DNA from: Octopus vulgaris | Taxonomy: Eukaryota | Assembly (NCBI GenBank): GCA_951406725.2 | Contig: OX597821.1 | Span: forward strand, 53,196,001 to 53,260,000 | DNA: 64,000 nucleotides | Direction: 5' to 3' | Shown here: positions 52,938-64,000 of the stretch, piece after piece | How the letters are laid out: each line of letters opens with the position of its first letter | Position numbering within the stretch: the first letter of the stretch is position 1 | Program-made: the position numbers and the translations under genes | Notes under the pieces: model-generated | What the model saw: only the letters and a program-made list of their open reading frames with translations | What the model was told of the DNA's origin: nothing | Databases searched by the model: none

Positions 52938-53869
52938 ATCTACGAAGTTATAAAATGGGAAAATAATAGAGCTGGTGCCAGTAGAGCAATGTTTGTGAGA
53001 TGGAACTATATTCCAGAAGGAAGCAGATTGCTCTACCGAAACGCAGTCTCAGTGACTACAGTTTTTCTGAAGTTGGAAGTCTCAAATCAACTAGAGTTGA
53101 AGCCATTTTGCCTCTTCAAAACGAATTGAAATATTGTATTTCTATTGATATAACAACAGCAAAAACAACAACTGTTTAGATTAGATTAACAATTATTATT
53201 AGAGTAACAACCAGCAGCATCTGCCCTATCACTCTGAGCCAACTGCTCCTTCATCACTACCCTACAAGAAATGTTGTAGTAGTGATAACAAGAGAAACAA
53301 TCTTCTGATGCGTTTGCAGAACAACGATTGTATGAATGTCATCACAACTATAAAAACAGCAGCAATGACCTCTAAGACAATAAGAACACTTTTAGAAGGA
53401 AAAAAAAAAAAGAAAATTTAAGTAAACAAAAGGGTGATTTGAAACAAAATGGAGTAGTTTAAATAAAGAAAGATTCAAAATGGAAGAGGATGAATGAATA
53501 AACTATAACATTGGTTTGATTACCTGATGCTGTATGCCACATAGGACTTCATGTGTAAACATCTTCGTTATCAAATATACTTGTTTGAGAATAAGAAGCA
53601 CTGCAAGTTCATATCATGATCTGTGTGAACACAAAAGTTCCGCGTTCAATAGCCACTAAAGGTGGCATTTAAATAACAGCAGGAAGACACCTAGGAATCA
53701 TTACATAGTGGGCCCTGCTCTCTTGGTATATTAGGAACTAACGGGCCAAAATACATTTTTGAATGAAGAGTTCTTCCTTTGGAGATTTCTGCTGCTGTCC
53801 TCTGGCCCCATAACGAATTACGCCACACTGCGCCTATCACATATTTAAATTATTGTTGTTATTCATCTT

Positions 53870-56244
53870 ACTGGCTCCAGATTTGCACTGATTGATTTGA
53901 GTATACGTATGATTAATTGTTTTCCAGTCATGACCATTTTTAGTATACGTGCGTTTTTCCTCATCTGGTCTTCAAATGATAGCCGATGATTTCTTTAACA
54001 TTTCTTATTTTTCCGATGGCCGGTCGCTTAACTGTTCAGGCGCGATCTAAGATGGCAACGCGCTATGGAATGTGGAATTCCATCCGTTTGGTTCAAGGAT
54101 GGTGGCGTGCATGGAAAGGTAAGCATGCAACACTACGTCTGGAGACAATAAAAAAGTTATCACGGGTTCTGCGAACGATGCAAGACGTGGCCGGCCAATC
54201 ACATCCCGATCACCGGAGGACGTGGCAACTGTGCAGACGTTTAATCGCCGCGCGCAAAATCAACACGTCAAGCAGCTCATGAAAGGAACAACACTCACAA
54301 TACATACGGTGTATCATAAAGAAACTTCTTTACATGGAAACCCTCATTATGTGCCGGAGCTAAAACCTGAAGACTGTGGCCACAGAAATCCAGAAGCCCA
54401 GAACGCGAAGAAGTCCAGATCTCACGCCATGTGATTTTTACCTGTAGGGCTACACAAAAAGGATGTGTACAAGACAAAACTTCGCACACTGGAGGACTTG
54501 GAGACACGGATCCAATGATAGATGTTCAATGATATCCCAGACGACGTCCTTCAGAAGGTTCTTCATTCCACCCTTGGCTATTTGAAGAATCTGGTTGACA
54601 CCAACAGAGCTTACGTTGAAATATGAAGATTTACTTTCATTTTCTCAGTTTCCTATATAATAAAGAACATGTATCATTAGTTTCGATAAATTTGTTAAAG
54701 GAATATGGATATTATAACGAATTTTAATACCTACTTACTTCTCATCCACCCTGTGTGTGGGTTTACATATGGAGAGAGAGCGCAAGTTACGCCCATAAAA
54801 ATGACAAAGAACTCAGATTATCTGCTAAAATTATGGTACAATTTATGAATTAATAATTCATCATCGTTGCAGAATATCTAAAAAAAAACATTGTGTAGTT
54901 GTTCGGTCGATGTGATCGATATCCACTTGATTACCGATAGCTACTTTACCGATCTCACATAGTCTAAGATATTTCCATGACAATTATAGATTATATTTCC
55001 TACGTTAGATTTTCACGAGATACTCATTTTGTCATATACATGCATACATGCATAGATTAGTCAGAAATCGTGAAACAATACTGACATATGTATGTGTGTG
55101 CATTTATGTATACATATGTATATTTATATATATACATATATATATGTTTGTATGTAAGTATTTATATATATATATTATATATTTGGTCGACAATTTTAAC
55201 GAGATTTTATTATAACATAACATTAGGCAACATTCTGTATGCCACACGAAGTCAATATAATAATGTAAATATGGTTCCTATCTCTGATAGCATGCATAAT
55301 GTCGAATACGAAATTAGCTTTCTAATATTGATGTAGGTACAAGTCATTGGCCACCCAAGTGCTATTGAATTTCTTTTGATGCCATTAATATATTCCTTAA
55401 ATTTTTTTGATGCCAATATTTGGTTTTGATAATACAAATCTTGTTATAAAAGTATATGCGATTTCAAGTTAAAAATAAAAATGGGTTCAAATTATCAGTA
55501 ATTACAAATCATAATATAGTCCCATTTCCCGGAGCTATTCCGTCATTTTTTAACGTTGATCAATGTTCATTGAACAGGAGTTATCTCTTCAATAAATATT
55601 AAATATACTGAAGCCCGATCATGTCTATCGGCAGTGGAATTCTTCAATTTGAAATTGTGTTAAGTTTGGAACTTTAATTATGTTCTCAGCTCGAATGCAC
55701 CAATTATTGAGCTTATATAATGTCTGTAAATATTATATATATAAACATTCTGTCAAGCATTAATAAAAATTTCAGACTCTACCAGTTTATTGAACGATAT
55801 CAAAACGGCAATGTATTTACGGTACACTGGCATTTGTTTCGTTTTTTAGACATTTAGCTAACCTTAACTTGTACTGTGCATAATTGGTTAGCAGTAAGAC
55901 AGTATTGCACTAATTTAATTATATGAAAACCATGTGTCATGAAATCGGTGAAATAAAATAAGAGTGGGGAGAAAACGACAGCAACTCGCATCTCACACAA
56001 AAACAAAACCTTGTTCACCAGACTGCCAAGTAGTGATGTGGTTGTGTGACTTTGAAAGGGCTATATGTTGTGTTCTTGACCAAAGTACATCATTTCACGT
56101 TGCTTCAGTCGACTCATCCTATAAGAAAGTTATGTCTGGAACTGGGATATAGCCCAGCGGCAGACTAACTACGATTCACAATGGACTCGGGTACACCCAG
56201 TTACTTATGCCCCACGAACTCCCATGTCTAATAGGCCTGTGTAA

Positions 56245-56317
<73 letters not shown>

Positions 56318-57200
56318 TACAAGAGCGCGTAAGAGAAAGAGAGGGTGGACATGTGTGGAAATGTGAGTATATGTGTGAGTGTGCATGAGAGTGTGAATCT
56401 CTACAGGTGTATTTATGTATGGTGTGTCTATATGTACATCTGCATATGCATTTATATCCGCGGAATTTGTCAGGTAGAAATTTGTAAAGCTGATACCTTA
56501 TGAATGAAGTCTAATGTGGCATATATATTCTGCATCATATTAGAGCATAGCCTCGTCCATGTTGTTACTGCAAATACAGCGAACCTATGATTAACCAGGA
56601 CCATATTACCCGTATCAAATGATTCTTTGGTGCAGCAGTTGCGCTAGTCACGATATATATAAATATATCAAAATTATCAAATTATTTCGAAATGGTGTGA
56701 ATGAGATAAAAATTTAGATATATTAACATCAACCTATTTTTCTATTCCTGCTCTGAAATATTAAGTTCTAAATCTATGAGATACAGAGTTTAGCAATTCA
56801 TAAAATGAAATCTCGTTGTAACATCGGTAGATGAAACAGAGAGGAAACGGATTATCTACAAGCCATCACATGTATTGGTTGATGTTTCCCGCCTTAAGTG
56901 GTTATTTCTGATCAAGAAAAACCTATCATCAAAACCATTTTAGCAATGGCCATTTCTTCTCTTTAGGAGTGGGACAACATTCTCCAATGTCGTCATTCTA
57001 TGTCAAGGCGATAGAACATAACTTGTAAACATTAGATTCCTATATACAGAACGTTGATCAACCACAGATAGTTGAAAACCAACTATCTTTTTTGTTTTCG
57101 TTCATTCTCTGCAAGCTAGCCTTAATAGAGCAGATTTATTAATGGAGGGAACTGCAAGCATCCCTATTTTTCCGTGAGCCAGTACATTATCTAATGCATG
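53870..57200 (+). repeat. Several copies of an old short repeat (about 53870-53945, 56565-56615, 56900-56960, 57115-57200; also 50680-50760)
   Basis: Shared degenerate motif cct-ATGAT-AA...TTCCAG-CATGACCAT. Heavily diverged. Confidence 0.4.
53990..54754 (+). mobile_element. Internally deleted Tc1/mariner-superfamily remnant (DUF4817-type N-terminus)
   Basis: MAGRLTVQARSKMATRYGMWNSIRLVQGWWR at the start, then SPDLTPCDFYL*GY and a C-terminal AYVEI*. Ends catccaccctgt. Confidence 0.75.
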
Positions 57201-58285
57201 CTTCCGCTTCCAAGAAGTTTGTCATATTATTTTTATCAGGTGGAGGAAGCGTGTATACCACGCCTCTTCAGTTCTATTGACTTCCCGGTTCAATTTTCTA
57301 AAGTGTGGCACACGCTTGTGTGTGTGTGTATATGTGTGTGTATGCGTGTGTGTGTGTGATTGTGTGTGTGTGCATGTGTGCGTGTGTGCGTGTGTGTGCA
57401 TGTGTGCGTGTGTGCGTGCGTGTGTATGTGCACATGTTATGTTGGAAAATAAACAGATAGAGGGTGATATGTTAACTAAAAGCAGTTATTCACACGCATG
57501 CACACTTGCAAACACATACACACACACATATTTTCGCATATACTGTGAATGGATTAGTAGATTTGTGCGTGATCCTTGCCTGTCTTTGCATTTGATCTCT
57601 AACTTTTTGAAAACCGCTATAGCTTCGTGTTACTTTATTCCTCTTAAGTTGGCAATTTCGCAACTGAGATTAATGCATGAAGAACTAGATTGAAATAAGT
57701 ACTGCACTCGATATGATCAACTAAAAATATAGAAAATTGAATGATGTTCCCTACAATAGACATAGTCAAACGATAGTGTCCACAGAGTATTTTTTTCCGG
57801 AAGTGTGTTAAAACTAAAACGGTTTCAGCATTAAAGACACATTTGAGACATTCTAACAGAAATAATGTTAGCTTCACTATAAGTTTATTATTACAGAAAA
57901 ACACGGCGCAGATATTCAGAACACTATATATAGTAACATAACGGGATAATGCCATTCGTAGAATTGGTTATAAAAGACAATACATGACGATAAAAGAAAA
58001 TAAAGATAAAAAAATAATAAAAAGGCATTAAAGTACAAGAAGGTGTAAGATATAATTTTCTATAAAAAGTTTTTTGATATAAAGGAAGAAAGAAAGGAAT
58101 GGAGGAAGATAGATAAATAGATAGATATATGGCTATTTACATATATATACATACATACATGCATATACCTACATATACATGTATATATACATATATACAC
58201 ATATATATACTTACATATATACATATATATGCATATGCCACATATACATACATATATACATATTTACACACACACACATATATAC

Positions 58286-58341
<56 letters not shown>

Positions 58342-58371
58342 GGAGTTAGAGAGAGAGAGAGAGTGATAGAC

Positions 58372-58429
<58 letters not shown>

Positions 58430-59415
58430 GTAGATAGATTACCCTATATATATATGGCAGGTAAACTAGAGTGGCGTTTGTCGATTGATGTTATAGTTAA
58501 TTTCCTTGCGAGTGCTTTCGAATCCACGATTCTTCATGATACTTCCTTATTCACTTAATTTCCTTAATGTTGTATAGAGACAATTAATACCCGTGGAAGC
58601 AGTAAATATGCTTCCATACATCTAGCACTCTATTGCGGTTTGCGGTTCAGGTTTGATGTTTTTGCCCCTTCGCTCCCTTGTTGTTTGCCGCCTTTTATTA
58701 TCATTTACTCTATCTCCTTTTATTGTCTTTCCTATACCCCCCTACTAAGTGCATCATCCTCTTATTTACCCCACTCCATGTTACCTCATGGAATTCAGCT
58801 TCGTTTATTCCAAAAGAGGATTTTTGTTTTCACAGCACCTTATCACCTCCATATGTCCATTGTGTTGTCGTTTTAGCAATTCCTTTGACATGCAAATATT
58901 CATATTTTAATGGATCTGAAAGAGAAGTTATTTGTTGTTATTTCTTACTAATATTATCATCGTGTTTAAAACAGCTGTTATAGATGTTTCTAAAAATAAA
59001 CAGCAAAATATACATTCTTTATAAATTTCATTCTTTCTTTAGAAACTAACATACGTTCATTTGACGTATGTAATTCAATGTAAAAACGAAACACATATAA
59101 ATGATAATATTTTTCATAAAATTTCTCGTCTATTTTCGGGGCACCCATTCAGATATGGCATTGTAAACGAATTTAGCAATCAACACTCAGTCAGGCGTGT
59201 GTGCTCCCTCCCCCACCACACACGCACACACACACTTACATATTCACACATGTATTAATATGTATATGCATATTCATATAAATATACATATATGTATGCA
59301 TGAATGTATGCATCAATAGTAAAAACAAACAAGTTTATCGAATGGCGTATATCACCATCGCCCTATATTTTTTCCATTTAATTTTGCATATATATATATA
59401 TATATATATATATCA

Positions 59416-59800
59416 CCATCATCATCATTTAACGTCCGTTGGACATTTTGACCAGGGATAGGAACCTGGGGGCTGCACCACATTCCAATCTAATTTAGCA
59501 TGGTTTCTATGGTTGGATGTGCACTTCCTAACGTCAAGCACTCCGAGAGTGTAATAGGTGCCTTTACGTGCCACCGGCACTGGTGCCAGTTGCGTGACAT
59601 CAGTATTTGCCACGTCTACGATTTGACTTGCCTTGCTGGGTCTTGTTCTCAAGCACGGCATATCATCAAGCGTCTCGGTCACTTGTCATTGCTTCCGTGA
59701 GTCTCAACGCTCGAAATGCGCTTTTTACCTGCCAGCAGCACGGGTGCTAGTTACAAGACACTGGCATCGGCCCTATTCACTCTGTGAGGCCCAATGCTCG
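59416..59800 (-). mobile_element. SINE-like element with an RTE-type (GAT)n tail (family D)
   Basis: Minus strand ends acggacgttaaatgatgatgatg and contains gacgttaggaagtgcacatccaaccatagaaacc. Internal subrepeat gtgag-c-caa-gctcg. Confidence 0.6.
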
Positions 59801-60089
59801 ATTGGTAATTTCTATGTGCCACAATTCTATGTGGCATCAATTTCTCCATTATTTCCCACTTGAATTTACGAGGTGTGCACTTGGTCTTGAAACCCCATAA
59901 GTTGCTAGCCAACTTGGAGCATTTACTTTTATCGATGTTCAGGACAGAAGATTAAAATTACTTTTGCTTAAAACGGTGTAATTTTTCCTTTCAGTTAGGT
60001 TACCTTGAAGGTTTCCTTTGACATTTGTCACGAAGACGAAAGAATTTATCATAGGCACCTGGCAAGCTTCACCGAAAGCAAGAAATTCT

Positions 60090-60325
60090 AGGCCCATTCA
60101 AATAAGGATTTCCCCATAGAACATTTTAGTAGAAATTCGATAAAAATACATAACTGCTGCCTCGGTATGAAGAACATTGTCAATCGCAAGCCTCACGAAG
60201 GGTCCGCTTCCAGTTGTAACTGTCGAGACCCTGAAGGTTGCCAAATTGGCGAAGCGTATAAGATAAACACTATCATCTGTGAGGCAGAAGTTTCATATCA
60301 ATCTCAGTGCTCAACTGATACTTAT
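60090..60325 (+). mobile_element. Remnant of a different Penelope-like clade (CxCx5C linker)
   Basis: FSRNSIK followed by MKNIV..CNCRDPEGC..IICEAEV resembles the FNRNTVKVSYSC..NMK..CNCR....CP..G.C...IVY.A.V linker and GIY region. Confidence 0.65.
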
Positions 60326-62432
60326 TTTATCGTTCCCAAAAGGAAGAAATGTCAAGTCGACCACGACCGAGTTTAAACTCAGAGCGTAAAGACAGATGAA
60401 ATGCTGCTTACCATTCTTCCCGGCGTGCTTAGATTCTATGATAATAATAACAACACCTACTTTTGACACGAACGTAGCAGTTTGTAGGGGAGCGTTTAAT
60501 CGATGAATTTGACCCCAGATCTAGACACTAGTGGGATTAAAGACAAAGCTAATATTGGCAAAATTCGAACTCGGTATATAGAAAGCTAGAAGAAACGGTA
60601 ATGAGCATTTTGTCCGCCACTCTTGTGATTCTGCAAAACCACCACACCAAAAGACCGCAAACGAGCGCATTAATGTGAGCGTGGGTTTACATGTGTGTAT
60701 CTCTTTATAAGATCTCTATATGTGTATATAACTCATGGTTACAATAATATTCACATCATAATCTTCTAGATGTGCCTATACAATAGTCAATACTCAATAT
60801 ATTGACATGTTGAATTAATGTAATGGGAGGCCTTCATTTATATAACACAGACTGCTACACAAACAGAAAGTACACTTTAAAAAAATATAGACTAATGGTT
60901 AACTTTCTCTGATGTTGATCATATTTGCCGAAGCTAATTCACTATTCATTCAACTGAGTGGACATGAATTTGACCTCTTTATTTTCTAGGTTCGATAATA
61001 TACATAGGTGATCCAATCCCACATAAGAGCAAAATAGTTTTTTCACTTATATTCTAAACATGGTCTACCAATTACTTACATTTTCTATATTCTTATACAT
61101 AATGACAAACCCTAAAAACGAAAAAAAAATCAAGAACATTGTGTATCAATATTCACTGATCTCCAAAAGACTGGAGTACCAAAATTGTGTGTGTATATAT
61201 GTGTGTGTGTGTGTATACATATATATATTGGAGTTCTATTGATTAAATAATGGGTATCCGACTAATACTATTGAACTGTTAATGGAATCAGCAATGGAGG
61301 AATTGCACAAATATTTGAACATTGGATATTTTATGTTGTAATTTTTATATAGTTCCTGTACTGACATTCCGACTTTATGACCAAGTGTCACACAATACAA
61401 TCTGTGTAGCGTTGTACATTCAATGGTTTAGCATAGATGTGAATGCAGAAAGTAAGTGGGATATACTTTACGCAAATGTATTGGAGCAACGTGATATAAT
61501 GTGCTTTAATTCATACATATTCTGATTATCGAATACTGGTTTGAATTCAACAAACCAATGCTGAAAATGATACATTTTTAGGAGACGACACGGAACAATC
61601 ATGGAAAATATTTTGGGGGAAAACGAAATCAAATATAAATAAAAATGAAAACCGATTTAATGTGAGGACGCTTGATGGATAAAAGAAATAAAATGTGATA
61701 ATGATGGTACACTTAACAGTTAATGTAAACAAACTCAAATTATTAGCATATTTGTTTTGCTTCACAACTAACAAACGGATGATAGCCATCAATATCAGTA
61801 GAATAAATAAGTTTCTGACTCAGTCACTCGAATTCGGTATAGGTGCTACTGAGATGCAAAATATAAGTTATCTTACAATGGTTCACATCTCATTGTGATA
61901 TTCATCATTGCGTATGGACAAAGATGTAATACATGGTTTAGCCGAGCAAATGCGTGCAGGGAAAAATAAAACCTCTCTCGACTCCGTAAGGCGGGGTTTA
62001 TTATAAAAATGTGACTTGCCACGAGGTCAGCGGTTAAGTGAGGGTGTAAGCATGGAACGTCTGCCAAATTTCAATCGGAATGTAGAAAACTGAAACGAGT
62101 ATATCAAAGTAACAGGGCCCAAAATTTTACATTTAATCACTCAACTGACCTGTATTCATTATTTTTTTTATTGAAGCCGAAAAGATCAAAAGAGTAACTT
62201 GACCGTGGGTGGTGTGGTCTCTTACCATTCAGTAATCAAATGATCACTAAGTGTAGAGGGACAGGACAAATAATACGTGATATTCAGTCTTAAGCGTTTA
62301 CACAGTAAATAACCAACTTACAATAGTGTATAAATATTTTTTCTGTCTCAATATGCATATGCGTATATATTCTATAGATAGGATTAAAGTCCAAGCTGAT
62401 TAAAACTACCAGTGAAGTCATACATTTTCTTT

Positions 62433-62473
<41 letters not shown>

Positions 62474-62475
62474 TA

Positions 62476-62506
<31 letters not shown>

Positions 62507-64000
62507 TATACATTTATGTGTGTGTATAAGTGTGAATGTGTGTGTGTGTTTCAAATAATGAAGCTAATATTTTCTTGGTTCTTAAACACGCTCTACATAA
62601 CTGCATTAATATATGTCTCGATCTACTGATGTCTGCATTCTATATTTGATGAAGGTTTCTTTCCTTATCCGTACATTGTTTCCGGCTTTGTATATGAAGT
62701 AATAATCACTTTTAAGGATTTGAAATGTAATTATCATATACCCACTTCTAATATTCCATGTATCAATATAATTTTATTATATGACAGACACATAGACAGC
62801 TGATAAACAAATACTTGAATGACTATATGTTTTATTTGCAGTTTCTAAAATTAGTGATATTGTCTTAGAAGTTCTCTTCCTGAAGACTATAAAGTATATC
62901 GTTCCAATTTAGAGAATGTAATTGATTTCTTGAGAGCTATACTTAATCCGGCGGCCAGTTTAACACAACTATCTGACTGTTGGTTCTTTGATGAAAGCTC
63001 ATTTAGTTGCAAGCATTCAGACCTGATTTCGCAATCTGGGGATGACGTATTTTCTATTTTCTTAATGATCAGAAAAATGGGTAATTCTGGTTAGGAATGT
63101 CACAAAAAGCAACTCCGAAATTTAAATTATTTTTGTTGAAAATGTTTCATACTGCAAACAACATCGCGCCATCCATGGCCATCATGTATAGTTTTAGAAG
63201 AATTTTCCGGGATTGTATGTGAGAAATGTAATTGATTCTTAGAGAGTGGGAGAAGAAAGGACTCAATTGTACTTGATAGACCTCGGAGACATGAAACTCC
63301 CTCGTTCATGGGAATTTAAATCAGACACAAACTACCTAACAATTGCTCTAATATTTAACGATGTTGTCCATCACTTACCAATAACAAATATTTACAAATC
63401 CACTGAATTTCATTGAATTGAAAATGAATGAAGTCTGGCTTGTATGAAGATATCGAACTGCTAAACCGATAAGTTATACATTTCATAAATAAAGTTTCTT
63501 TCATTAAAATATTTTTTCACTTATTTACAATGATTTATTTAAGAAGATTTGGTAACGGATTAATAAAAGCGTTGTAAATGCTTCCAGCTATATTTTTAAT
63601 TATACAAGTCGGAAATTATATTTCCGCGTTTTAATGAAATTTATAGAACGTTTGCTTTAAACATAAATGTTGCTTGCTACGATACACAGAAAATATTCTG
63701 CATTGTGCCAAATCGTAATCCATGTTTAACTGAATATATATTTACATTCAGTGTTAAGTTTTTTCAAAGAAAACATAAAAATTATCTTTTCAAGTTTCTA
63801 TTATTTCAACATGTTTGGTTTCTAATTTTACAAAAATATTGTGAATGAATTCCATAGCACAAGTGTTTTTATATAATCGATATTATTATTTAACATGAAA
63901 GTAGCTGCATACTATTACAGGGAATGAATTAGGCAAAGAAAGTAATAGATTAAAATTCATGAAGTTCTAAATGTCTACACGCCCTCCCGTCATGAACATT

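Noticed and set aside
62900-63200. Possible Tc1 remnant (WPP-like motif, minus strand)
   Set aside because: Too degenerate to support.

Overview
AT-rich, repeat-saturated animal genomic DNA. The SINE families and microsatellite load look like an octopus (coleoid cephalopod) genome; this is my recognition, not a database result. I found no host protein-coding exon I can support, so the window reads as intronic or intergenic, and most short ORFs in the track are translated microsatellites. Recognisable content: a 5'-truncated Penelope-like element (RT + GIY-YIG, 15.9-18.0 kb) plus two further Penelope remnants; a decayed CR1-type LINE (34.8-37.5 kb); several R4/Dong-type LINE fragments; six Tc1/mariner remnants, one with a nested Gypsy gag fragment; at least four SINE families; two 5S rRNA fragments; and MITE-like or palindromic elements. 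The most notable signal is a set of short hammerhead-ribozyme (HHR) motifs, mostly followed by AATAAA and sitting in or next to microsatellites. One is essentially complete (2692-2744, minus). Two loci are head-to-head inverted pairs. Across loci the catalytic 3-8 pair covaries (C-G, U-A, G-C). Other notable items are a 5S-head/SINE-tail chimera, TSD-bounded multimeric SINEs with a recurrent junction, and a LINE 3' tail shared with the dominant SINE.
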